Positions 27,664-36,213 of a DNA stretch of 64,000 bases are shown here, one piece after another. A model generated the notes under the pieces. It did not search any database. It had not been told where the DNA came from and saw only the letters and a program-made list of their open reading frames with translations. Position 1 is the stretch's first letter. Each line of letters starts with the position of its first letter. The position numbers and the translations under genes are program-made. This DNA comes from Desulfatiglandales bacterium (GTDB taxonomy: Bacteria; Desulfobacterota; DSM-4660; Desulfatiglandales; Desulfatiglandaceae): assembly GCA_963662465.1 (NCBI GenBank), contig OY759599.1, forward strand, positions 5,344,001 to 5,408,000, written 5' to 3'.

Positions 27664-27938
27664 TAAAGGTTCTCAGCGTCAACGTATTTGAAATCATCTG
27701 AAATTTCAATATTTTCCTGAGCCAGTTCTTGATAGGCATACCTCATTTTTTCCTCAAACATCCTTTTTTCAATTTTCTCTAATTTCTCTTCAATAGACTG
27801 CCGAACCAGGGTCGAGACTCCCTCCCCTTGAAAAACAGATAGCCGGTGAAGCCTGTCCTTGAGTTCAGAAGAGATTTGTACATTAAGCCTGACTTTTTTG
27901 GGGCGGAATTCTGATAATATAGTTTGATCCTCCTTCAA
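27663..27938 (-). CDS. Ribbon-helix-helix antitoxin, partner of mazF
   Basis: VRLNVQISSELKDRL....GVSTLVRQSIEEKL...MRYAYQELAQENIEIS; stop overlaps mazF start. Confidence 0.75.
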   Translation of the reverse strand: MKEDQTILSEFRPKKVRLNVQISSELKDRLHRLSVFQGEGVSTLVRQSIEEKLEKIEKRMFEEKMRYAYQELAQENIEISDDFKYVDAENL

Positions 27939-28234
27939 TACATAAGATTATCTATCATAAAATAAGCTCCAAATCAAGGCAAGAAATTGTGCAAGTACGT
28001 AGGCAACGCCTGAAGAGACAAAAAGGTTCGGGGGTGGGCAAGTGGCCTCCAGTTCATGCGCACGGGAAGCAGAGCCACCAAGACCGGCATTCCCAACTTG
28101 GAATGATGCTTCACGCATGACTCCAACCTACGGGCTTGACAATGACGGACATAAAGCGGGGCAAAATGTTTGAACACGATTTAAAAGATTAAATGATGGA
28201 CAGGATTACAATGGCCGATAAAATGCAACGGTCC

Positions 28235-28314
28235 TGGCGTTCTCCTGGGGGGCTTGAGCGGTCTTCTGCTCGGGGGGATCTACAACTGGGTGGTGCATCT
28301 CACAAGCAAAGAAA
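28235..28314 (+). repeat. 80-bp degenerate direct copy of the 3' end of the membrane protein gene (26292-26371)
   Basis: tggcg(t/c)tctcctggggggc...agcggtcttctgctcggg(g/t)ggatctacaactgg...tctcacaagcaaagaaa. Confidence 0.85.
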
Positions 28315-28328
28315 TCAGAATGAACAAG

Positions 28329-28345
28329 TGTAAAAAAATATGACA
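28329..28345 (+). promoter_or_regulatory. Putative enhancer (UAS) for a sigma54 activator (PilR-like)
   Basis: TGT-N11-ACA about 105 bp upstream of the -24/-12 box, with an AT-rich spacer. Confidence 0.5.
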
Positions 28346-28449
28346 CTTATCCGGAAAAAAATTTTACAATAGACTAATGAATATTTTTTATTTGAAATAA
28401 CATCAAGTATTTCAATACAATATTCCTATGGTTGCGTTATGTTTACATA

Positions 28450-28465
28450 TGGCATGAACATTGCT
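28450..28465 (+). promoter_or_regulatory. Sigma54 (-24/-12) promoter of the minor pilin operon
   Basis: TGGCAT-GAACA-TTGCT matches TGGCAY-N5-TTGCW. Confidence 0.8.
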
Positions 28466-28546
28466 TTGACATTCAGCGTCAACCCAAACGGAAAAGGCGC
28501 CGCCGATCCTGATGTCGGAAAGCCTGACAATATTAACGGAAGCACA

Positions 28547-29116
28547 ATGGATCAGATGCTGAGAATGAGCGCATTCTCAAAAAAGATATCCACGCATGCA
28601 GGGTACTCTCTGGCGGAATTAATGACGGTCATCGTGATAATCGGGATTCTCTCCGCCATCGCGGTTCCCGGGTTTCTCGCATGGCTGCCGGATTATTATT
28701 TGAAGGGTGCGGCGAGGGATCTCCGGGCCGGTTTTCAACTGGCCAAAATAACCGCCATCAAAAGCGGCCGCAACTGCACCATCACTTTCAATCAGCCGGT
28801 TGACGGTGATACTTACGATTATGTGATTTTTCAGGATGATGACAATGATCTGGAGTTGGACAATTCCGAAACCGCCGGCATCGTCAAAAAAGTCAAATGG
28901 CTGGATTACCACCCCAGTATTTCCTTAGATTCAAATAGCTTTACCGATAACGATGACGGCTTGCCGGCGGTTGCTTTTCGGTCAAACGGTATTCCGAGAA
29001 AAAACGGCGTTGGGTTTGCTGCAGGCACGGTTTCCCTTAAGAACACGGACAACAGTGAAGCCGATATCGTCATGTCCAGGGCAGGCAATATCAGAGTTGA
29101 GTTCGCTATCCATTAG
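28547..29116 (+). CDS. fimT: FimT/FimU (GspH-like) minor pilin; start placed downstream of the sigma54 box
   Basis: AG/YSLAELMTVIVIIGILSAIAVP prepilin motif; AFRSNGIP, MSRAGNIR. Confidence 0.85.
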   Translation: MDQMLRMSAFSKKISTHAGYSLAELMTVIVIIGILSAIAVPGFLAWLPDYYLKGAARDLRAGFQLAKITAIKSGRNCTITFNQPVDGDTYDYVIFQDDDNDLELDNSETAGIVKKVKWLDYHPSISLDSNSFTDNDDGLPAVAFRSNGIPRKNGVGFAAGTVSLKNTDNSEADIVMSRAGNIRVEFAIH

Positions 29117-29122
29117 GGTGAT

Positions 29123-29824
29123 TTGATGGTTACACCTAAGAAAAACCCAGGTTTTACACTGGTCGAATTGCTGGTGGCCGTTTCTATATCGGCCATTATC
29201 ATGACGGGCGTTTATGCTGCCTACAATTCTCAGAATAAATCCTATGTGGTTCAGGAGGAGGTGGCGGCCCTTCAACAGAATCTCAGGGCGGCCATATTTT
29301 ATATGTCAAATCAGATTCGAGAGGCCGGGTGTAATCCGAATCCGGCGCAAATGGATACCAACAGACCCCGAATTCTGACCGCCGATGTGGGTGAAATCAA
29401 TTTCACTGCGGATATTACCGGGGGGGCCACTGGAAATGCGGACGGAGATACGGACGATTCATACGAAAACGTTACCTATTCCCTTTACACCTCCGACGGC
29501 ATTCAGAAACTGGGCGTAAAGAGTACGGCCACTGCCACGAATCAACCGGTGGTTGAAAATGTGGATGCCCTCAATTTTGTTTATCTGGACCAGAACGGAA
29601 ACCGGCTGGACGATGATGGGAATGGAAATGTCACCACCAGCATGAATGCCATTCGATCGGTTGAGGTAACCCTTGTGGTGCGTGCGTCTCGGGAAGACCC
29701 CGCTTATACTGACGGCAACGAATATCAAAATCAGTGGGGAGACGTTATCTTGGCGGCGCAAAACGATCATTTTCGCCGCAAACGATTGAGTACGTGCATC
29801 GCATGCCGAAACCTGGGATTGTAG
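29123..29824 (+). CDS. pilW: Type IV minor pilin PilW
   Basis: G/FTLVELLVAV, QQNLRAAI.YMSNQIREAG, AIRSVEVTLVVR, RNLGL. Confidence 0.88.
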   Translation: MMVTPKKNPGFTLVELLVAVSISAIIMTGVYAAYNSQNKSYVVQEEVAALQQNLRAAIFYMSNQIREAGCNPNPAQMDTNRPRILTADVGEINFTADITGGATGNADGDTDDSYENVTYSLYTSDGIQKLGVKSTATATNQPVVENVDALNFVYLDQNGNRLDDDGNGNVTTSMNAIRSVEVTLVVRASREDPAYTDGNEYQNQWGDVILAAQNDHFRRKRLSTCIACRNLGL

Positions 29825-29832
29825 GAATAACG

Positions 29833-30279
29833 ATGATGCCATTCGGAAATAAATATCAACGAACCAAAACGGTATGCCTTTGCTGGAAAAGCCACGGCGG
29901 CTTCACTATCCTGGAAGTACTTATTGCAATGGCGGTGCTGGCTGTCGGTATTCTGGCTGTGGGAAGCATGCAGGTGACTTCCATCAAGGCGAATGCCCAC
30001 GCGAATCAGATAACGGAAGCCAGCGTACTGGCTCGGGACCGGCTGGAAAAGCTCATGGGACTGGATTATACGGATGCGGGGTTGACTGAAAACACCTATC
30101 AGGATTCCGATCCGCCCGCCGGGTACACCATCAGTTGGGAGATATGTGACGGGGGCGGCGCCGGTTGTGGTGCCGACGATCCCATCGTTAATACAAAGCT
30201 CATTGAGGTTACGGTGCAACACCCCAAACTCAATAAAGATATGGTACTCATGAACATCAAACCGGGACCGCCACCCTAG
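29833..30279 (+). CDS. pilV: Type IV minor pilin PilV
   Basis: G/FTILEVLIAMAVLAVGILAVGSMQ, ASVLARDRLEKL. Confidence 0.88.
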   Translation: MMPFGNKYQRTKTVCLCWKSHGGFTILEVLIAMAVLAVGILAVGSMQVTSIKANAHANQITEASVLARDRLEKLMGLDYTDAGLTENTYQDSDPPAGYTISWEICDGGGAGCGADDPIVNTKLIEVTVQHPKLNKDMVLMNIKPGPPP

Positions 30280-30292
30280 CATTGAGGACACC

Positions 30293-30871
30293 ATGAAAGA
30301 GATTAAACCGTTGAAAAACGAAGACGGCGCCATCCTGGTCGTATCCCTGATCATACTCGCGTTGGCCAGCATGATCGGCATTGCCGCCACCATGACCGCT
30401 TCCCTTGAGCTTCAGATTTCCGGCAACGACATGCGCTATGCGGAAAATTTCTACAGGGCCGAAGCAGCCGCCATGGTGGGTGCGCGCACGATAGAAGAGA
30501 GTACCGCCAAATTGCCTCTCGGAGAGTACTCCTACGATAATGAAGACATCCCCTTGCCCAGCATTCCTGGGAAGGGCCTCCCACCCTTAAACATTCCGAA
30601 CCCTGACAATATCAGTGACGACGCCAACTGGACAACCGGAACGGACAAAATCTCCGCGGATGCACCTGATGCCATTTCAGACGAAGGTTATGAAGCCAGG
30701 TTTCTGCCCGTTGAAGTGCCGGCAAGAGGCGCTTCAAAGGATCTTGCCGGCGCCTCCGGAACCAGTATGCATGAATTCGTCGTCTACGGAAGATCGATTC
30801 TGGAACCGGCCAATTCCACCCAAAGGTTGGGTGAAGTGATTATTGAAGTGGGATACAAAAAACGGTATTAA
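30293..30871 (+). CDS. pilX: Type IV minor pilin PilX
   Basis: NEDG/AILVVSLIILAL (no Glu5), ELQISGN....ENFYRAEAA. Confidence 0.88.
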   Translation: MKEIKPLKNEDGAILVVSLIILALASMIGIAATMTASLELQISGNDMRYAENFYRAEAAAMVGARTIEESTAKLPLGEYSYDNEDIPLPSIPGKGLPPLNIPNPDNISDDANWTTGTDKISADAPDAISDEGYEARFLPVEVPARGASKDLAGASGTSMHEFVVYGRSILEPANSTQRLGEVIIEVGYKKRY

Positions 30872-30883
30872 AGGAGGCGAATT

Positions 30884-33800
30884 ATGTCTTTCATCCAGCC
30901 AACCCTTCTCAATCTCTTTCGGCAACTGATGAAAAAAGGCGCCAAAGCAACCGCCCTGGTGGTTTTCGCTTTCCTTTTCACGCCTGTTTTTCTCCATATC
31001 TTCGCCGACCGGGCCGAGGCTGCATCTTTCTACTTAACTGTTAAGATCCACCCGGGGGCGGCAAAGAATGCCGGGGCCGGCTGGGAGGTCCGATATATTT
31101 CCCCCTCGACCTCCCAGTGGTACGGCACTTTTAGTCATAACACACAGGTTGAGGGAAGCGTTTGGGGCACCGTCGGGGTCGAAATCAAGGGGACCAACGT
31201 CGCCGGTTGGACCACCCCGGCCAACGAATATGCATGGTTCCACGATGGGGAGTCCAAGACCGTGCATCTCTGGTACACCCAAACCCCCGTGACAACGACC
31301 ACCACTTCCACCACGACTACCACCAGTACCAGTACCACCACAACAACGACCACCACAACAACAACAACGACAACCACCACAACAACGACAACGACAACCA
31401 CCACAAGCACCAGCACAACGAGTACAACCTCCACAACCCTGCCCGGATCCCTTTGCCTGGATATCGCCGATATTCCCATGGATACACAGCTTCAGGCGGC
31501 GCCGGCCAACATCATGTTCGTCATCGATGATTCCGGCAGCATGGACTGGGAGTTCATGACTTCTGAAAGCAGCGGGATTTTTCACGGGGAATATTACAAT
31601 TTCGATTTGGGTTCCGGAACCGACAACGCCTATTCGGACAGCTACATCGTGGAAGGAGACGAAAAACGACTCTGGAAAGCCAGATGGGCCGAATACAACA
31701 AGATGTACTATAATCCCACGGCGGACTACACCCCCTGGCCGGGCCAAGCTGACGCTAGTACCACGGCGCCCCGTTCCAATCCCATTAACGCAAGCCCCAC
31801 CCTGACCCTGGCCGACGAGTATGATTCCGTTGAAACGGGCATTATCGTGGACAATTCGGATGCAGGCTTCACCAAGTCCGCCAATGGCTGGGCAATGACT
31901 TCAGCAAGCAGCGACTATGGGTCTGATTATTACTATACCTACAATAACGATAGCAACGCGGACTGGGCCCAATGGACGCCGGATATCCCGGAATCAGTCA
32001 ATTACGAGGTTTTTGCCTGGTGGGTGAGCAACAGCAGTAGACGAACCAATGTGGCGTACAAAATTTATCACAACGGAACGCCCAGCACCGTTACCGTCAA
32101 TCAACAGCAGAATGGCGGGCAATGGAATTCCCTGGGTTCCCACGCCCTTTCACCAGGCGATTATGTTAAACTTGTTACGACTGACCCCGGAACCAGCAGA
32201 TACTGCGCCGATGCCATGAAGTTTGTGCCGGGTGGGGGAGGCGCCATCAGCATCAAAAACGCCCACTACTACACCTACTCCGACAGTGAGGATACACCTT
32301 ACCTGATCGTGCTGGACGGCAGCATCAAATATTATCGCTTCAGCCGGAATGATGAGGATGATGTGTCCGAAGCCGGCCTCATCCTGGACACAACGCCCCC
32401 TGACGACGTGGTTCCCAAGGACAGCGATGACAACATCCGTTCCTATGCGGCGGAACTTCAAAACTTCGCCAACTGGTTTTCCTTTTACCGGCGCCGTGAA
32501 CTGACCGCCAAGGCGGCCATCGCCCGGGTTATCGACCAGATCGAGGGTGTGAAAGTCGGGTTTTACTCCATCAACAACCGCATCAATCAAACGGTTCTGC
32601 CGGTGAATGTCACCCTGGGCGCCAGTACCTTCGACGATACCACCACCCTCCTGAACCTTTTGTATAGCCTCAATTCATCAAGCGGCACCCCCCTTCGCAA
32701 CGCTCTCAAGAACGTGGGGGATTACTTTGATCAGGCCGGCGGCACCGGGGGCATCGGATCATCTCCCTATGCTTCCCTTGTTGACGGCGGCGCCTGCCAG
32801 CAGTCTTTTGCCATTGTGGTAACAGATGGATTCTGGAACGGCTATCTCTCGGGCATCGGAAACGAGGATGGCGGCGAGGGGGCGCCCTATGCGGATAACT
32901 GGTCGGGCACCCTCGCGGACGTGGCCATGAAGTACTATAAAACCGATCTTTCTACCAGCCTGACCGACCTGGTTCCCTCCAGTTACCCGGATTTGGCGAC
33001 CTGGCAGCACATGGTGACGTACGGCATTTCCTTCGGCGTCACCGGAACCTTGAACCCCTTTGATTATGACCTTTACAACATGGATGTTGCCCAACGCGTC
33101 TACCCCGCGTGGCCCAACCCCACCGACACGGAAAACCAGGAACGGGTCGACGATCTGTGGCATGCGGCGGTCAATGGCCGGGGGCAATTTCTGAGCGCCG
33201 CCAACCCGGAAAATCTCATCGATTCCCTGGAGGCCCTCATGGAAAACGTCATGAGCCGCATCGGAAGCGGCGCTTCCATATCCATTAACGGTGAGGAACT
33301 TCAGGCGGGAAGCCGTATTTACCAGGCCAGCTATTCCACGGATAACTGGACCGGCGACGTCAAGGCCTATGCCCTCAACCAGAGTTCGGGCGCCGTCATT
33401 CGGGACAACTATATCTGGTCCGCCAGTGAAGAACTGGCGGATATGACCCATGGCAGCCGTATCATTGCCACTTACAACACCGCTACTTCGACCGCCATTC
33501 CGTTCCAGTACAACCAACTCAGTCCGGCCCAGCAATTGCAATTGGATGCTGATCCCACCACGGCGGAGAGCATCCTGAATTATCTCCGGGGCGATGCCGC
33601 CGGCGAACAGCAAAACGGGGGCATCTTCAGAAATCGCAACAGCAAGCTGGGGGACATCGTTCACTCCTCGCCCACCTATTTTGACGACGTTATCTACGCC
33701 GGCGCCAACGACGGCATGCTGCACGCCTTCAACGCCTTGAATGGGCAGGAACTCTTTGCCTATGTGCCGGGCCAGGTGTTTGCCAACCTGTCCGACCTGG

Positions 33801-35212
33801 CCAATTTTGTTTATGCCCACCAATACTATGTGGATCTGACGCCCTATGTGGCGAACACGGGAAGCGGCACGCTGCTGGTGGGAGGGCTGGGGAAGGGGGG
33901 GAAAGGCTACTACTGCCTGGATGTGACCAACGCCAAAACCATGACGTCCGAAAGCGAACTGGCCGGCAACGTGAAATGGGAGTACCCCAACGCTGGGACG
34001 CCTTCGGGAGAAAGCAACGATATGGGGTACAGTTTCAGTGAGGCCTATATTGTTAAGTCCAATGACACGGCCCATCCCTGGGTGGCGGTATTTGGAAACG
34101 GCTATGCCAGCGCCAACGAACACGCCGTTCTCTTTGTGCTGGACGCCTTTACGGGCGTCAAAATCGCCCAGATCGACACCGGGATCGGATCCTGCAACGG
34201 TCTGTCCACGCCTATTCCCGTGGATGTGGGCCTGGATTACAAAATGGACTATGTCTATGCGGGGGATCTCAAGGGGAACCTGTGGAAATTCGATATGACC
34301 GGATCCAGCGCCAACTGGAAGTTAGCCTTTGGCTCACAACAACCCCTCTTTGAGGCCAGGGACGCCGCCGGGGCCGCACAGCCCATCACCACCAAACCCG
34401 AGGTTATGCTGCATTGCTCGCCCGAACTCCCCGGCTATATCGTCGTCACGGCCACGGGAAAATACCTCGGCGATGCGGATTTTGCTGATACCCAGACGCA
34501 AACCATCTACGGCCTGTGGGACTACGGCGATGATGCGGACGACAGCGAATATCTGGGGATTTTCAATCGCGGATCGACGCCTCAACTTTCCAACCAACCG
34601 AATGCCGTGACGCTGCTTCAGCAGGTGGAAGTCTATTACGGTCAACCCAGCAACAGCAATTACCCCCTCAGGGTCCTGAGCCAGTACACGCCTGACTGGA
34701 TTACCATGGCCGATGATATGGATGGTCAGGCAGTCGACCCATCAGACAGCGAAGACAACAATGCCGGATGGTATTTCGACCTTCCCATCAGTAAGGAAAG
34801 GGTCATCCGTAATTTTATGATTCGAAACGGCAAAGTCATCTTTATTTCGTCCATTCCCAAGAGTTCGCCATGCGCCGCCGGCGGGGATTCCATTCTCCAC
34901 GAAATAAACGCATGCACTGGAGGAAGGATGACCCAGGCCCAATTCGATATTAACAACGACGGCGTCATTGACGACGGCGACATGATCACAATCACCATTC
35001 CCGATCCTGATAACCCCGATAACACAATTGACATCCTGGTAGCCCCCACGGGCATCACCTATCCGGAGATGATCTATCCCCCGAAAATTATGCGACTCCC
35101 GGACGGCACGGAAACCAAGTATTTCAGCACCGCCTCCGGAAGTATCGAAATGCTTAAAGAGAAAGGGGAAAAACGGGGGATTTTTTACTGGCGGGAGCGG
35201 ACGGCGGATTGA
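30884..35212 (+). CDS. pilY1: PilY1/PilC pilus tip adhesin (signal peptide, poly-Thr linker, vWA, golvesin-like insert, beta-propeller)
   Basis: NIMFVIDDSGSM MIDAS, DDLWHAAVNGRG, LGDIVHSSP, GANDGMLHAF, YAGDLKGNLWKFD, GWYFDL. Confidence 0.93.
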   Translation: MSFIQPTLLNLFRQLMKKGAKATALVVFAFLFTPVFLHIFADRAEAASFYLTVKIHPGAAKNAGAGWEVRYISPSTSQWYGTFSHNTQVEGSVWGTVGVEIKGTNVAGWTTPANEYAWFHDGESKTVHLWYTQTPVTTTTTSTTTTTSTSTTTTTTTTTTTTTTTTTTTTTTTTSTSTTSTTSTTLPGSLCLDIADIPMDTQLQAAPANIMFVIDDSGSMDWEFMTSESSGIFHGEYYNFDLGSGTDNAYSDSYIVEGDEKRLWKARWAEYNKMYYNPTADYTPWPGQADASTTAPRSNPINASPTLTLADEYDSVETGIIVDNSDAGFTKSANGWAMTSASSDYGSDYYYTYNNDSNADWAQWTPDIPESVNYEVFAWWVSNSSRRTNVAYKIYHNGTPSTVTVNQQQNGGQWNSLGSHALSPGDYVKLVTTDPGTSRYCADAMKFVPGGGGAISIKNAHYYTYSDSEDTPYLIVLDGSIKYYRFSRNDEDDVSEAGLILDTTPPDDVVPKDSDDNIRSYAAELQNFANWFSFYRRRELTAKAAIARVIDQIEGVKVGFYSINNRINQTVLPVNVTLGASTFDDTTTLLNLLYSLNSSSGTPLRNALKNVGDYFDQAGGTGGIGSSPYASLVDGGACQQSFAIVVTDGFWNGYLSGIGNEDGGEGAPYADNWSGTLADVAMKYYKTDLSTSLTDLVPSSYPDLATWQHMVTYGISFGVTGTLNPFDYDLYNMDVAQRVYPAWPNPTDTENQERVDDLWHAAVNGRGQFLSAANPENLIDSLEALMENVMSRIGSGASISINGEELQAGSRIYQASYSTDNWTGDVKAYALNQSSGAVIRDNYIWSASEELADMTHGSRIIATYNTATSTAIPFQYNQLSPAQQLQLDADPTTAESILNYLRGDAAGEQQNGGIFRNRNSKLGDIVHSSPTYFDDVIYAGANDGMLHAFNALNGQELFAYVPGQVFANLSDLANFVYAHQYYVDLTPYVANTGSGTLLVGGLGKGGKGYYCLDVTNAKTMTSESELAGNVKWEYPNAGTPSGESNDMGYSFSEAYIVKSNDTAHPWVAVFGNGYASANEHAVLFVLDAFTGVKIAQIDTGIGSCNGLSTPIPVDVGLDYKMDYVYAGDLKGNLWKFDMTGSSANWKLAFGSQQPLFEARDAAGAAQPITTKPEVMLHCSPELPGYIVVTATGKYLGDADFADTQTQTIYGLWDYGDDADDSEYLGIFNRGSTPQLSNQPNAVTLLQQVEVYYGQPSNSNYPLRVLSQYTPDWITMADDMDGQAVDPSDSEDNNAGWYFDLPISKERVIRNFMIRNGKVIFISSIPKSSPCAAGGDSILHEINACTGGRMTQAQFDINNDGVIDDGDMITITIPDPDNPDNTIDILVAPTGITYPEMIYPPKIMRLPDGTETKYFSTASGSIEMLKEKGEKRGIFYWRERTAD
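31292..31438 (+). repeat. ACN-codon low-complexity tract encoding ~49 Thr/Ser in PilY1
   Basis: acaacgaccaccact...acaacaacgacaacc. Confidence 0.95.
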
Positions 35213-35258
35213 GAAAAGTGAAGAGTGAAGAGTGAAAAGTGAAGAGTGAAGGGAGAGG
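35213..35258 (+). repeat. Heptad tandem repeat (GTGAARA)x5-6 after pilY1
   Basis: gaaaagtgaagagtgaagagtgaaaagtgaagagtgaagggagagg. Confidence 0.8.
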
Positions 35259-35262
35259 GGCA

Positions 35263-35823
35263 ATGAAAGGGAGAATTGCCATAAACCTTTGGCGGTTTGT
35301 TTTTCTGGTGATGTTCTTTATGCTGACGGGTGTTCCTTCATTTGCGAAGGTTTACCAATATCGGGACCAAAACGGTCAGTTATGTTTTACAAATCAACTG
35401 TCGGATGTTCCCGAAGATCAACTGCCTGAAGTTCTGATGAAGCAGCCTGAAAAGTCGGCGGAAGCTCAGAAAACAGGTGAAAAAGCAACGGAACGGAACC
35501 CATCGGAACCGGAAAAGACAACCGAGCTTCCGACTGAAACGCCGGGGGCTGAAAGTCCCGACAAGCCGGTGCCAATCCCGATTGTTGAAGATCTCAACAA
35601 AGAAAAGGCCGCCCTGGACAAGATTCATGCAGCGCTTATGAAGCGGAAAAAGGATCTTCAGAAAGAAAAAGAAACCCTGAAGACGCCGGAACAAGTGCGG
35701 GAATACCAAAAAAAAGTGACCCGTTTGAACAACGAGATCGACAATTATACGAAACGCAACACAGCCTTTCAGAAAAAGGCCGATGCCTATAACAAAGCTG
35801 TTCGAGAAAAAGGAGATGAATGA
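35263..35823 (+). CDS. DUF4124 domain secreted protein with C-terminal coiled coil
   Basis: Signal peptide ..SFA/KVYQYRDQNGQLCFTN...VPED. Confidence 0.8.
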   Translation: MKGRIAINLWRFVFLVMFFMLTGVPSFAKVYQYRDQNGQLCFTNQLSDVPEDQLPEVLMKQPEKSAEAQKTGEKATERNPSEPEKTTELPTETPGAESPDKPVPIPIVEDLNKEKAALDKIHAALMKRKKDLQKEKETLKTPEQVREYQKKVTRLNNEIDNYTKRNTAFQKKADAYNKAVREKGDE

Positions 35824-36191
35824 TGCGCGAAACGCACGGAACCCCTTTGTCGACATCCCTTACGCTGGCCCTGTTCCTCCTGACGGCCTTTTTTGCCATT
35901 GCGGCGCCTGAGTGCGCCAAAGCAGGTCAGACGCGAGGGGAAGGTTTCATCACCGGTTCTTCCCTTTCGGATTTCGACGGGGTGGGTCATATTGACAGCA
36001 TGGAAGGAGGTCAATTTGTGATCGATGACCGTTTAAGAGAGTTGTCTTCCGAAATAAAATATTATAAACCGGGACCCATCAAAATTCCCGCATCCGCCTT
36101 TTCCGTGGGCAGCCGGGTGGGATATGTGGAAGACCGCAATGGTCGGATTGTCTCACTGTGGCTTTTACCCGGCAAGTCAAAAGGAAAATGA
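35820..36191 (+). CDS. Small exported protein, PilY2-like
   Basis: Signal peptide; G.ID......VIDD.....FSVGSRVGY....G.IVSLW; position after pilY1. Confidence 0.5.
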   Translation: MMRETHGTPLSTSLTLALFLLTAFFAIAAPECAKAGQTRGEGFITGSSLSDFDGVGHIDSMEGGQFVIDDRLRELSSEIKYYKPGPIKIPASAFSVGSRVGYVEDRNGRIVSLWLLPGKSKGK

Positions 36192-36213
36192 TCCCCCGTT
36201 CAGGACCTGACGA

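Noticed and set aside
27974..28180. Short ORF or possible ncRNA between the antitoxin and the pilus promoter
   Set aside because: No motif or convincing structure; at most a degenerate intergenic repeat
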